A stretch of 62,950 nucleotides of DNA, filler included, from Reticulomyxa filosa (Eukaryota > Protista > Foraminifera): assembly GCA_000512085.1 (NCBI GenBank). It is 20 parts of 20 records of this genome, joined end to end, with 100 filler letters (N's around TTAATTAATTAA, not from the genome) between each part and the next. Parts side by side here need not be neighbours in the genome. Positions count along the whole stretch, not along the records: positions 1 to 1,275 come from ASPP01022427.1; positions 1,376 to 3,355 come from ASPP01014230.1; positions 3,456 to 8,132 come from ASPP01023598.1; positions 8,233 to 11,419 come from ASPP01004222.1; positions 11,520 to 12,578 come from ASPP01016814.1; 15 more parts are not named here. One strand, given 5' to 3'. Position numbers and translations under genes: made by a program. This document shows positions 1 through 12,678 of this stretch, piece after piece (position 1 is the stretch's first letter; the number at the start of each line of letters is the position of its first letter). The notes beneath the pieces are model-generated. The model ran no database searches and was not told the origin of the DNA. It saw nothing but the letters and a program-made list of their open reading frames with translations.

Positions 1-1210
1 GTTGGACACTGGCCAGAAATCAAAAATCATATCAATAACTTCTTTCCCAACGTCTTCTAAAATGCAAACTTGTTTGTCAGGACAGATGGGATCCTTTCGC
101 AACACTCTTCCCAGTTGCTGAACAAATACAATTTCGGATGATGTGATTCTTGACATCACAATACAGTCTACTGAAGGCAGATCAAAGCATTCGTTGATAA
201 TATTAACATTGACCAGTACTTGCAAGTGTCCATTCATAAATGCATCAATTGTATCCTGATACTTATCTGGAGATATAAGATAATGTACTGCTCCTGCATG
301 CAATCCATTGGTTGTACACAACTCTGCAATATCAGAAGCGGCTCTAAAGTAGCATAAAAAAAAAAATATATATATATGTACATATTGCATACATATTTAC
401 ATAACTCTGCATTTTGTGCAAAAATGATAATTTTTTTTTTGGCAGATTGGCCATAGCATATATACAAGCATTTAGATAGGCAATCAATGTATCGACGACG
501 TATTGTGGATTTAGTGCCTTTTTCACTTCAATTGTTGACTTCATTTTCAAACCCTTATTTTTTTTCCAATGTGTATGTAAATTTTAAAATATAAAGCAGG
601 AACGTATACATTAATGTTATATACGTACCTTGATGGACCTATCCAACTTGAGCAAAAATTGTGTTAATGACCGAGTTTTCTTCCACAAAGCGGAAGAAGA
701 ACGAGACTCGAAGGATTGGAAGGACATTTTAAAAATGTGTGCATACGTGGGCATATCTTGTCCAAACTTTAATGTTGGCAAAGCTTCCAAGTATTCAACA
801 AATGGAAAAAAAATACCATAGCTTTGGCAACCCTCCAACCAAAATCAATGTACATAACATTTTGAAAAATGGATTTGAGTTAGATTCCATTGGGGTCACT
901 TCGATGAGACAACGTAGCTGTCATTCCAAGTACGTACTGCAACGAGTGTCCATCATGATCATTATTGTCACTCTTGCCTTGTCCAAACAAAAGTGTTTTA
1001 TACACATTGGCCCACGTTTCGGCAAGCAAATGATGTACTTCATCAATAATCACGTGCGTGATACTTGCCAACAGACGAGGCTTGCTTAGCAGATTATCAA
1101 ACGACTGAAACAAGCAAAAACAAAAACTTACCACGATTCCGACACTGATGATTCCACTTTCACAAATGCATTTGATGGTAATTGTGGATAAATACTTTGA
1201 AAATGCTTTT
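1..1210 (-). pseudogene. SF2 DExH helicase of ResIII/IRC3 (bacterial-like) type; intron-containing, disrupted, partial
   Basis: Motif II VIIDEVHH and motif III LGMTATL lie in ORF 880-1134. Manual translation of ~345-1 gives the helicase-C segment QVLVNVNIINECFDLPSVDCIVMSRITSSEIVFVQQLGRVLRK. In-frame TAA at 880-882, further frameshifts, and GT-AG introns near 627-555 and 402-345. Confidence 0.75.
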
Positions 1211-1275
1211 ATTATTATTATATAATCTTTTAAAAAAATTTATTTTTGTTTAAAACTCTTAAAAATTTGCAAAAA

Positions 1276-1375
1276 NNNNNNNNNNNNNNNNNNNNNNNNN
1301 NNNNNNNNNNNNNNNNNNNTTAATTAATTAANNNNNNNNNNNNNNNNNNNNNNNNNNNNNNNNNNNNNNNNNNNN
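1276..1375. other. Artificial contig linker N44-TTAATTAATTAA-N44 (first of 19)
   Basis: The same 100-bp spacer, with stops in all six frames, starts at 1276, 3356, 8133, 11420, 12579, 21952, 23952, 26539, 28034, 30050, 32100, 33822, 34981, 37322, 38556, 52336, 53682, 60183 and 61736. Confidence 0.99.
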
Positions 1376-1455
1376 TATATTAAAAAAAAAAAAAAATTTA
1401 TTAAGCGCAAGTAATAAAGATTATTATTGGGAGAAGAAAAAAAAAAAAAAAAGAA

Positions 1456-2706
1456 ATGGAGGAAATTCCTTTAGCAGATCCAGATAATGTCAGCAGTGGA
1501 CACCTGACGGACGTGACAGATGAAGTAAGAGACGTGGCGCACGGGGACGACGTGAAAGTAGTACAAGGAAGAGAAGAGGAGAGCAAAGCGTCAGTGCCGT
1601 CAAAGACGTTATCATCATCGTCATCGAGCAACAAGAGTGGAGTGAAGATAAAAATTGTCGGGGCGGAGGAGCGGAAAAGCGCGCTGGGGAAGCACACGGT
1701 GTATGTGATCGAGTGTGAGCCTCGGCTGCCAGTGATCAACGTGCCACGAAGATATAACGACTTCAAATGGCTTCGCAAGAACCTGTGTACGTTATTTCCA
1801 GGCGTGTGGATGCCGCCACTGCCACCAGCGCAGGTATTGGGACGATTTGAAGATCAGTTTGTGTTGGAGCGAAGAGATGGGTTGGAGCGTTTTCTGAATA
1901 AGATCCAAGAGATGACATTGATTAGCGAGCACTATGTGTTTCAAGTGTTTTTGTCACGACCACAAGAGACGTGGGGAGAGGCTATCAAAGATATCGAAGA
2001 CAAATTCGCCACGCAAAATTGGACGGAACACAAGCAGTTGATATCGCATTTGCATTCATTCAACCCTTGTTTGCGAGACTTGGATTTGCCTGCGTGCGTC
2101 CACAAGCAAGACATTCCATCGCTGCGACAGTTCTTGCTGGCAATGGAAAACGAATTGAAAGCCATTCTTCAACTGGCGGATAAGGCGTCCCATCATTTGG
2201 CCGATATGTGCATCAGCATGAAAGACTGGCAGAAATCTCTGGAAAATTTGACGTCGCGTGAAAATGAATATTCCTTTCGTCCCAACAATATGACACGTGT
2301 CAATTTGCAACCTCAAATGCTTCAATGGTGCAAGTTCTTACACGACCAAAACCAAGGCTATGAACTGTTTGTTCGACAATTGAAATATGAAATGTATGAC
2401 ATTTCTGCCTTTCTCGAGCTGTTCGATCAACGCGATCATATCGTCGCCGACTTGGAACGCATCGAAAACAAAATCAACAAAACCAAACCCGAGGCCAAAA
2501 CCGACGATATGGAAACCCAAAAACGCAACTTGGAACTCTTGCTCAAAATGGTCACCGCCAACATGCTCAAGTACCAAATCGACTCTTTATGGAAAGAAAA
2601 AATTGAACACTTTCGCAATGCCGCCTACTTGTGGGGCACCAAGCAACTACAAGCCACTCAGGATATGATTCATGTGTGGTCACAAGAGAAAACTCCTTTA
2701 AAATGA
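1456..2706 (+). CDS. PX-BAR sorting nexin
   Basis: PX signature RRYNDFKWLR...PPLPP...ERRDGLERFL, followed by a long helical BAR-like C-terminus; single 416-aa ORF. Confidence 0.88.
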   Translation: MEEIPLADPDNVSSGHLTDVTDEVRDVAHGDDVKVVQGREEESKASVPSKTLSSSSSSNKSGVKIKIVGAEERKSALGKHTVYVIECEPRLPVINVPRRYNDFKWLRKNLCTLFPGVWMPPLPPAQVLGRFEDQFVLERRDGLERFLNKIQEMTLISEHYVFQVFLSRPQETWGEAIKDIEDKFATQNWTEHKQLISHLHSFNPCLRDLDLPACVHKQDIPSLRQFLLAMENELKAILQLADKASHHLADMCISMKDWQKSLENLTSRENEYSFRPNNMTRVNLQPQMLQWCKFLHDQNQGYELFVRQLKYEMYDISAFLELFDQRDHIVADLERIENKINKTKPEAKTDDMETQKRNLELLLKMVTANMLKYQIDSLWKEKIEHFRNAAYLWGTKQLQATQDMIHVWSQEKTPLK

Positions 2707-4664
2707 CCTCCTTTTTTTTTTTATTTTTATTACAATTTTTTTTCCCCCCCCCCCTCCCCACACTTTCTTCCTTGTGTGCCTTTTTTTTTTTATAATTAAT
2801 TTTCTAATTTTGTCAACCTTGAAAGATTGTACTTGTTTCCTTGACTTAAAGTCAAATTATTGATTAAATATTACACACTCAAACTTTTCATCTCTTAGGA
2901 TTTTTTTTGTTTTGGCTAACTTCCGCTGGGCGAAAAAAAAGCTTACAGCTTTCCTATATATTTTGTTACCACATAAACCGCTTTGCTCGTTTTCTCGGGC
3001 TAAAAAATTATAACACGTGCAACAGCTAATGCCTTTATTGTTTGCTGGGTCTATTCTTGCTCACAAAAAGAGTTTGACAAATATAAAATACTGCGTAACG
3101 GGTTTAAAATACTGATTTTTTTTTTATACATAATTATATAGATAATGCCCAATTTGTAATATTCGCGTCAAATGGCAGCGAAAGAGAAACATTCTGGATC
3201 ATCGGCTCCTTGCCATGCAAGTTGCAGTGCTTCATCCATATCGTCATCTTCAAACAAACACTCCAAAGTGAGTTTTGTAAAGAATATGGCAAGCGAAACG
3301 TTTGATAAATGAAGGAAAAACAAAAAAACAACAAAAAAAAAAAAAAAAAAAAAAANNNNNNNNNNNNNNNNNNNNNNNNNNNNNNNNNNNNNNNNNNNNT
3401 TAATTAATTAANNNNNNNNNNNNNNNNNNNNNNNNNNNNNNNNNNNNNNNNNNNNTATAGTAATAATCTTTCGTAACAAAGCTATACGGAACATACTTTT
3501 ACTGATGATCGGTATTGACATACACCACAATATTGTCACATATTTCGCAATTTATTTAATTTTTCATTTATTTCTTGCAACACTTCATCAAGATCCAGAT
3601 ATTTTAATATAATTCTTAATTATAATTTTATTTTATTTTAATTTTAAAATTACGTTATATTATCTTGATGCTTTTATTGAAAAATAATATGTGTACAAAC
3701 TTGCTCATATAATCAAATTTTTTAAACAGTTTTTTTTTTTGAAATATGCTATTTCCACATTTTCAAACAATTATCTTATTTTATAAAATAGATTATATTC
3801 AATGAAAAGGCAAGTATTTACGAAAGATAATTCATGTAAACTATGGAGATCTATCATTTGGTATTTTGACTTTATCATTAGAGATTGTGTTCACAATTAG
3901 GCAACTGTTGGAAAAAACGCAGCAATTGCAGACAAATAAAAAAAATGGACTCAAGATTTTTTGACAAAATTTCTGGTAACAATTGTCGCAAATGTATTCG
4001 TACATATATTGAAATTTTTTGTCCATTTGATTGGTTTTACAATATTATTGCATTTGTGGCCGATATTTTCTTCAAAAAATGGAGGAATGAGTGTGCAAAA
4101 CTTATGCTGTTGTTGGAAGGTTGAAACTTCTCAAAACTATAATCATGGTTTCAATTTTATTTCACACAAAGAAAATATTTTTTTCTTGTTTGAATGTTGG
4201 CCTGTATTCCTTCCACTGAGGGAAATCTCCTCTGATTCAACAACAAAGAAAGCAAATACTTATACAGTAAGGTTCTAATCAAACATATTGCGTTCATTAT
4301 CATATTTGTGAGTTGTTTTGAATGTGGAATTGACCACGTATTTTTTATTGATCCAACGTCACAGAACATATATTAAACTTGATATCAGTAAGTGCATTGC
4401 AATGTAAAAGATCTATTTGTCAATGTTGAGAGAAAGAGTTTAATAGCTTGCATTGAAATCAGGGTACATGAACAATTTTTTCGCTTTACAGACATATGTA
4501 TCATATTATGTGTAGAGCATTATTAAAAGAAAAAAGAGTTATTGAAAAATAAGGACAGGCAACACAAACAAGTAGACAATAGTTTTCAAAAAAAAAAGTA
4601 AAACCAAAAAAGAGTATATTGACACAACATTTGTTCTCAAATAGCATTATTGTCAGATCAAATT

Positions 4665-6104
4665 TCACACCACAGTTCCACTTATCTCAAATTCCCTTTC
4701 TCGAACAACTGTCGGTAGCAGGCTGATGTCAATGGGTTTTAGAGTTTTTTTGTCCTGATCATGTGAAGTAAATCGACAATAGGCATCATCCCACAATGTC
4801 AAGTCTCGAACATAATATCGTGGCTTTAACATGTCTTGCGAATATTTGTATCCAGGGTTTCGATATTTATTTTGTTTCCAATTTCTGTGCAAATATCGCC
4901 ACAAACTTGGCGTTTTAATCCACAATTGCATATCTTCCCTTTCTTTTTGACAATTGCAAAAAAAGTCGCCAAATCTACCCGAATTAAGATGGAGCATTAA
5001 CTCCATGACCAAGTCGTGAGTAAACTCAAAGGCCCATGAATACTGACACATGATTTGATACACGCAATCTAAAAAACTGAAGAAAGACAGGAGATCGTTC
5101 TTTTTCTGCATGTGGAATCAGGTCTATGCCGAGATTTCCATTTCGGTCAGAAAACTTGTGTCCAAACCAAAGCCATTCCTTGCGAATCAGAACTTCGAAT
5201 CCTTTGAACGTCCGATAAAAGGGGTCCAACAACAACTCGGCCAAAGCACACACTTGAGCAGTGCGATCCCAGCCATCACTACAATGGACAAGTACACTGT
5301 ATTTGTCCTTGTTGCACATGTGCGCCACTCTGCGTGCGCATTGCAAGATTTTGCTCAAATGTTGGACCCATTTGGTTTCGTTCAAGTTTAAATACCAATT
5401 GCTGTCCAGTTGATTTTCACAGCATTTTTTCAGCAAAGCCAAAGAATGTCTCATTTTGTGGATGTTTTCGATATCAAAAAACATCAAATGACTTTGCGCG
5501 TAGGAGTCCCCTTCAAACCCCTTTCCTTGAATTTTGTTAGCCATGGCATTGGCCCTCGGCCGACAATCGCAAATGACAAATGAGTTGCTGCATGTATTGA
5601 TTTTGTTGATCAACGCAAGCAAGTCTTCGTCCTCAGTGTTGCGACGATTTACCATTCCCGACGTCGGTTGGCTGCAGCGAGATAAAGTGACGCCTTGAGC
5701 ATTGGCCCAAGTGATAACAGGCAGACGATTTCTGCTGCGATAACTGGCGGCAGCAGTCAGGAGATCGTCTTTGGCACCCTGTGGCACAAGCAGCAGTGTC
5801 GGATACGTATCACACAGTTCGTAGTTCACATTTAATTTGGAAACGCGAAATGGACACATGGGGTCCCCATCTTTCCATCCCAAGCGTCGGTACTCCTCCT
5901 CCATCATTTTCTCGTCGTAACTTTTGTGGAACCTCGTGCGGTCGAGTTTGCATTCGTAAAAGAACTTTTTTCTCCATTTCCACGGTCAATGGTTTGTCAA
6001 TGAGTGGAGATGAGGAGAGTGTGGACGTAGTGGCCTGCAAGGAAGGATCTGAAGTATTTGAAAAACGAAATAATATTTGGATTTTTGTATATTTAAATGT
6101 TGGT

Positions 6105-6135
<31 letters not shown>

Positions 6136-7096
6136 TTTTTTTTGTGTGTGTGTGTTTTTTTTTTTTTTTTTTTTTTTGTACGTTCAGATATTTTTGACTT
6201 TGCGTATGTGTGTCCGCAGCATCGGAAGTCCTGGATAAAGGGGTATGCTTTGGCTGCAAATTGAACCAGTCTGTGAATGCAAAGATATCGCAGATATCAA
6301 AAGGCACGACATACTGCTTCACTACTTTAATGAACTGCTGTCGCAATGAAGAATCGGCAAAGGTGGAAAAGTCGAGCTGGATTGTCCTCAGGTCTTTGGT
6401 ATGCAGTGTCACAATATCTTGGACACAGTCCATTGACAACACGCACATGTGAATAACCTCCAATGCTGGGATCACTTCCGTCCCGTTTTGCAATTGGCTC
6501 TGCGTCATCTCTTGTCCATACGTTTCAATCACCACGGTACGATAGTTAGTTATGGCTATCACTTTTCCTGTATACTCGTTCCACTTTGTTTCGTCACCGC
6601 GTTCCCGTCGTCTTCGGATTGTCGCTTTTGATATAAAAAAACGCTTCGACTCATTTGGAACAAACTTAAATACTTCCACTGTATATTTCGACTCGTCCTT
6701 CGACTTTTGCTTATGCTTATCACTGTCTATCCTTTTTCGCAACTCTTCAAAAAATTCATTCTTCTCCTCCGGTGTCGAAAACTTAAACTGTCTCGACTTG
6801 TTCTTCTTTTTATCTTCCCACAATATCTTGTCTTCTGCGTTCTCCACGTTCTGCAACGCTTGCAATGGGTCGCTTATCACTGCGTCCAAATGACTTGTCT
6901 TCACATCTCGCAGACGTACACTCCCATCGCGCATTATTTCCAGGTACTTGGTACTCTTCCCCACCGCAAACTTTGCCCTATCTTTTGTCACCAAAAACCT
7001 CTTAAACACATCTGCGTCTGCATCTGCATTCGCCAATGACTTCCGTCCACGAGGCGACTCTTCATCTATTTGCCCAATATCTTGTTCTTCTGCCAT
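4665..7096 (-). CDS. Myotubularin-family phosphoinositide 3-phosphatase with N-terminal PH/GRAM-like region
   Basis: Active-site VHCSDGWDRT, plus NYELCDTYP, RSRNRLP, WFGHKF and ERSPVFLQF. Spans ORFs 6122-7096, 5810-6040, 5026-5907 and 4665-5111, joined by one intron (~6180-6050) and probable homopolymer frameshifts near 5925 and 5072. Confidence 0.93.
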
Positions 7097-7322
7097 ATGT
7101 ATATATTAATGAACTTCTACTCCCAAGTTTTGTGGTCTCATGATGAAGCGTTTGACGAAAAAACCTTTACATACATTTCTCAAAGACAAGAGCGCTAAGT
7201 GCATAAAAAATAAAGCAAAAGGATGAAAGTAAGGCTATAAAACCCAAATTTTTATTGCCATATGAAAAGTCCAGTTCTACGAGTTTTTTTTTAACAAATG
7301 AAAATCCCGTCTGATTAATAAT

Positions 7323-8132
7323 ATGAAGCAACAAGACGAAGTGTTGAGTGTTAGTGCTTCCAGTAGGAAGGTGCCTCCAGCTCCAGCACGCGCATCAAAA
7401 ACAAATCTAGTGCCCTCTTCAAACATATCAAAACGTATTGTTTTTTAGATTTGCAACTGCGCAAAAAAAAAAAAGGTGTGGGGAAAGAAAATAGAACAAC
7501 ACAACAAAAAAACATCCCATGCAGAAGCACAGACAGATCCTCGCATGCTTTTGGAAATGCGACGCAAATATAAGCCATCAGGGATTAGGCCACCTCCACC
7601 AGCAAAACGAGCAGCATTTCAACAAAACAAAAACAAGCAAGAGTCAAATACGCCAACAAAATCAAATTTGGACGCTACGTCAAACCCGCCATTAGACTTG
7701 TTCCCAAAAAGCCAAGGTAAAAAAAAAAATGTACATATATGTGTACATTGTGATCAGATCTGCAAGAGGGGAGGGGGGGGGAGGGGGGGAGGGAAGGAGA
7801 GAACAAAAGGAAATTTAAATTTCGTTTGCTTGTGAACTTATTACTCAAAAGAAGAATGATTGTTGTTGTGACTGTTTGTATATTGGAATCACCAAATTGC
7901 TTATGATTACAGTGACTGTTGTCAACAGTGATCGGTCAAACTTGACATGGCGAAAATATAAACTTGTGTCGACTGACTCACAGGGAATGTGTGTTGTGAT
8001 CGGAGACGACGGTAAGCAAGTTACCTTTCCACGAACAGCCGTCAAACCTAAAGTTGAGGAAATGCTGCATTTTATATCTAAGACTTGTCATCTGTCAGCC
8101 TTTTTATTAAATGAATGTAAAAACAAGGGGGG
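7323..8132 (+). CDS. Hypothetical Pro-rich multi-exon protein, 3' truncated, divergent from myotubularin
   Basis: ATG at 7323 (MKQQDEVLSVSASSRKVPPAP) and coding-like exons near 7495-7716 and 7912-8060, separated by GT-AG introns. Confidence 0.5.
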
Positions 8133-8272
8133 NNNNNNNNNNNNNNNNNNNNNNNNNNNNNNNNNNNNNNNNNNNNTTAATTAATTAANNNNNNNNNNNN
8201 NNNNNNNNNNNNNNNNNNNNNNNNNNNNNNNNAAAAAAAGGAAAGAGAAAAAAAGGAAAGAGAAAAAAAAAG

Positions 8273-9354
8273 ATGTTGTTGGATGCTCAAAAATTGGGTT
8301 TCCATTCGCAAATGGGCCTAGTGATTGTCCTTATAGCTAATTTTGTTTGCGCCTTGTATAGTCTTTGGCTGTTATATGTGGTTTGGCGTAACTTGTGGAC
8401 AATAACAAGAGCAAGAGTGGGCAGCGACGCTACTCAAGAAATTCAGCTATCCACACAGAAAAGTACAATCGAAACGAGTGTAAGCGTAACCGCATCAGAA
8501 AAGGATATGAAGAGACCAGTAGTAATTGATAGTCGAATTAAATGGATTGTGACTTTGTATGTGTTTGGTTGTGCATTTAATTGTGCTGGGACTGTAGTTG
8601 AGCCTCTAAGTTATGCATTAGTAGATTCCCCAGGACAAGCATGTCCACATGGGTTATACGTAGCATATTCATACATATTCATCCAAGGAGCGTTTTATTC
8701 GTTTTACTTGATCCGAGCTGTAGTCATTCTTCAAGGGACTGTCTTTGCTGTACCCAAATGCCGTCGATATTTCCTTGCCATTGCTCCTGTCATCACGTTT
8801 GGTTGTATTTTCATTGTTCACAATGTACGCGAGCAATTCAACCATTGTAATGAAACTGGACCCATAGAATCCTTGCTTAATGCATCATTCATAATTTCCA
8901 AGATATTTTGGGATATCACTTTATTTGCCTTTTTGGGTTATCATATTTACAAAGTTATACATAATAATAAATAAACAAATATATATATGTATACGTTGTT
9001 TTGTTATTGTGTGTGTGTTTTTTTTTTCCTTTGGTATTTTGGGGTGAGTGATATGTACACAATAAAAAGATCTCACGTTTAAAAAAAAAAAAAAAAAAGG
9101 TAGCAAACTTGACGTCGATGTCAAACAATCAATGCCAAAAGGACTTGAAAGATTACCTGAAAAAGTTATTACGGTTATCTTTGGTCTCCGAATGCTCTGG
9201 ACTTCCTTTATATGTGGTATTTGCCATGCCGAGTTGGAGTGAAGCCCTTTGGACAGTGGTCAACATCGACCTTTGTATCAATTGTTCCACCATATTGCTG
9301 TCTTTCGCCTTTGCGAAGCCCTTTTTTAATCGACTTTGTTTGTGTTCGTGGTAA
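8273..9354 (+). CDS. Seven-transmembrane GPCR-like protein (2 exons)
   Basis: Five hydrophobic segments in 8273-8953 and two more in 9100-9354. The phase-0 intron 8954-9099 (GTTATA...AAAG) keeps the frame. Cys at the start of TM3 and in the following extracellular loop; C-terminal CLC. Confidence 0.7.
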
Positions 9355-11222
9355 TTTTTTTTTTTTTGTAAATAGCGAAAGGGGGGAGGAAGATTATTGA
9401 TAGAAAAAAGAAGTTTCTGGAATTGATTTTTTTTTGATTTTAAATTTTTTCCTTTTTTTTTATGGTAAGTTTTTCCTTATTTTGCGAGCACTTTTTTATG
9501 TGAAACTATTCACTCACATTTTCTTTTTTTTGGGGTAGAAAAAAAAGAGTACTGAATTCGTGGTATTACATTATCAAAGTTTTGTCTAATTCCTTCAATT
9601 CATATATGTACATCAAAAAAGTTTTTGTGATTTTAAAAACAAAAAATATTAACATTATTTTTAATTTTTAATACCCATTCACTATTATTACTATTTGTTA
9701 TCTAATTGCAAAAAAATTTTCGTCAATTCCAATTTTCTTCAAGAATGAAAACAACAATGTACCTTTTTTTTCTAATTAATAATCGAATATGTTAACTTTA
9801 CTTTCAATTGAAGTACTTTTTGCGTTCTCTTAATTGAGATTTAAAAGAATCTTTAATCCCAGAGTGTGACAAGTTTGTACAGATCCTGATCCTTGGCCAC
9901 TTTGGAAGAGATGTCAGTTGCAAAGCGTTAGCACTTGCAGGAATAGCTTTTTTTTTGTAGTTGAACTGTCTTTCAAGGTAACTGATTTAATAAAAAGAAA
10001 TTTTTTAAGTTTTAGCTTCGTTACCATAACATCCAAAAGAAAGCCAAGTTGAATTGCGGTGTGGAACAATGCAAATGTAAGGATAAAAAATGAAATTGTT
10101 AACAACAAGCAAAAATATAGCATTATGAAAACATTGACAAACAAGATCATTACATTTATTTATGATTTTTCGAAAATTTGAATTTTTTTTGTTTGTTGAA
10201 TATATGCATTTAAACGATCAAGTTTATGTTGAACATAACGATAAATATAAAATATAAAGCAATATAGTATAATTAAGTCAATACTAAATAATGGCGACTA
10301 TCTATATTTGCTTGAAAACAATCGGATTATTGTCAATTTGATCAAAAAGATTGACTATGTTTGATATAAAAACACGTATATGTATATTTGTGTCAGAAAC
10401 TTCGTAAGAAACAAGCAAACACAAAATTAATATTCGTACATACAAACATACATTTTTGTTATCGATAAGATGCCAGATGCTTTTTTTATGTTGATAAAAA
10501 ATTTAAAGACTAATGATTTAGTCGATGTATAAATTGATAAATTAAATTTAAGTTATTAAAAAATTTAAAGTATTTGTTTGTTTTTAAATAGTCACATGAA
10601 AATTTGATATGAAAATGACTGTTTGAACTGTTCGTTGAGTTCAACCTCCAATGGACAACTACGATACAATATTAAAAGTATTAATTTTTTTTTAAAAAAA
10701 GGTGGCATGTTGTTTGTGTTTTTATCTTTGCAACAAAAAAAAAAAAAAAGAAAAAGATATTTCAAGTGACAAAGAGTGCCCCAACATTGGCAATGTTCGA
10801 ATATAATAATAGTACAAACTCCATGAGCAACAAAGAAAGTGGATCAATACTGTCGTCACAAAGATAAGGTCATTCTGTCAAATCTTTTACTTCAAAAGAA
10901 ATTTGGATCATTCAATCTTGACAAGATTTTTATTTAAAGTGGAACGATTTCAATTTGTTAGATACTTTATTATTTTGGAGAAATAAACATTAAAAGCGCG
11001 CTCACAATATATACATTTTTTCAATTGTTAATGTGCACATATTGAAGTTTTTAAAAAGGCACAAAAGATGCACCTAATAGAGAATACAAAGTATTTAAAC
11101 ATCAATTAGACCATTGCTCCTCCAATTTATAAAAGAAATAATTGAAAAATAATAAGCAAAACAAACTTTTATTTATATTTTTTCATTGACAAAAATTATA
11201 ATAAAAATTGATTGATATGTGT

Positions 11223-11419
11223 TTATCCCCAAACACGAATGGGACCAATTGCTGAGCCATAATATAAACTAAGATCATAATTATCATTTGTTTTTTTATT
11301 GTCTTTTTCTTTCTTTTTTAAAGCTAAAAATTTGAGACATAATATTCCAGCATCATCGTCATCTCCTTTAATCAAATACAATTCATTCTTATTCGATCGG
11401 ATATCCCAAAAACGAATTG
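11223..11419 (-). CDS. C-terminal fragment of a WD40-repeat protein (not in the ORF track)
   Basis: Manual translation IRFWDIRSNKNELYLIKGDDDDAGILCLKFLALKKKEK...LYYGSAIGPIRVWG*. Resembles, from memory, the C-terminus of the expanded Reticulomyxa WD40 family. Confidence 0.8.
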
Positions 11420-11576
11420 NNNNNNNNNNNNNNNNNNNNNNNNNNNNNNNNNNNNNNNNNNNNTTAATTAATTAANNNNNNNNNNNNNNNNNNNNNNNNN
11501 NNNNNNNNNNNNNNNNNNNAAGTTATAAATGACAATGACAATAACGATGATGATGATGATGATGATGATGCAATAG

Positions 11577-12509
11577 GCACGTGCATTGTCAAACGGCGTA
11601 CACATGGTGGTGGCGACCCCAGGACGCTTGAAGGACAGCTTGGAGAAGAAGAAGTTAAACTTTTACATGTTGAAATACTGGTGTTTGGACGAAGCGGACA
11701 GACTGATGGATGTCGGCTTCGAGGACGACATTCGTGATATTTTGTCGTTTGTGACGGGACAAGTGCAAAAGGTGTTTTTCAGCGCGACGATGCCACAGAA
11801 AGTGCGCGACTTGGCGAGTCGAAGCATGGTGCAGCCGATCGTGGTGAACGTCGGACGTGCAGGGGCGGCCAACTTGGACGTGATTCAGGAAGTGGAGTAC
11901 GTGAAAGACGAGGCACGTATTGTGTATTTATTGGAGTGTCTGAAAAAGACGCCCCCGCCTGTATTGATCTTTTGTAGCAATCAAAGCGACGTCGACGATG
12001 TCACCGAGTATCTGCTTTTGAAAGGCGTAGAGGCTGCAAGCATTCACGGAGGCAAGGAACAAAAGGAACGCAAAGACGCTGTCAAGTCGTTCAAACAAGG
12101 ACTCAAAGATGTCTTAGTGGCCACCGACGTCGCGAGCAAAGGTCTCGACTTTCCTGACATTCGACATGTTATCAACTTTGACATGCCCAAAGAAATTGAG
12201 GATTACATCCATCGCATTGGCAGAACTGGTCGTTGCGGCAAAACAGGAGTTGCCACCACCTTCATCAACATCAACGTGCCCGAAATTACTTTGTTGGATT
12301 TAAAAGGATTGCTTTTAGAGGCCAAACAAAAAATCCCGCCCATCCTCATGAGCTTAGGTGGAGAGTACGATGAAATCAACGGCATGATTGGATGTGCCTA
12401 CTGCGGTGGCTTGGGACACAGGGTCACCGAATGTGCAAAGTTAGCTGCACACAGAAGAGGAAAAAATCAAGGCTTTGTTGATGATCGCATGATGCTTTCT
12501 GGATTTTGA
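11577..12509 (+). CDS. DDX41: DEAD-box RNA helicase DDX41/Abstrakt, last exon
   Basis: [47 protein letters not shown] and the C-terminal zinc knuckle [14 protein letters not shown]; AG acceptor at 11575-11576. Confidence 0.93.
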   Translation, partial: ARALSNGVHMVVATPGRLKDSLEKKKLNFYMLKYWCLDEADRLMDVGFEDDIRDILSFVTGQVQKVFFSATMPQKVRDLASRSMVQPIVVNVGRAGAANLDVIQEVEYVKDEARIVYLLECLKKTPPPVLIFCSNQSDVDDVTEYLLLKGVEAASIHGGKEQKERKDAVKSFKQGLKDVLVATDVASKGLDFPDIRHVINFDMPKEIEDYIHRIGRTGRCGKTGVATTFININVPEITLLDLKGLLLEAKQKIPPILMSLGGEYDEINGMIGCAYCGGLGHRVTECAKLAAHRRGKNQGFVDDRMMLSGF

Positions 12510-12678
12510 TACCCCGATTGTTGTCACGCTTTTTTTATTACAAATGACACATTTTTTATTTTTTTTGTTCGTTTAATANNNNNNNNNNNNNNNNNNNNNN
12601 NNNNNNNNNNNNNNNNNNNNNNTTAATTAATTAANNNNNNNNNNNNNNNNNNNNNNNNNNNNNNNNNNNNNNNNNNNN

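Noticed and set aside
880-882. TAA reassignment (alternative genetic code)
   Set aside because: TAA terminates conserved genes normally here (galactokinase, RecQ, WD40 fragment), and this gene carries other lesions.
3800-4520. Hydrophobic ORF fragments downstream of myotubularin
   Set aside because: Could be a decayed membrane-protein gene, but cannot be told apart from AT-rich noise.
5060-5930. Programmed frameshifting in myotubularin and other genes
   Set aside because: The shifts fall in homopolymer runs across many unrelated genes, as expected for sequencing indels.
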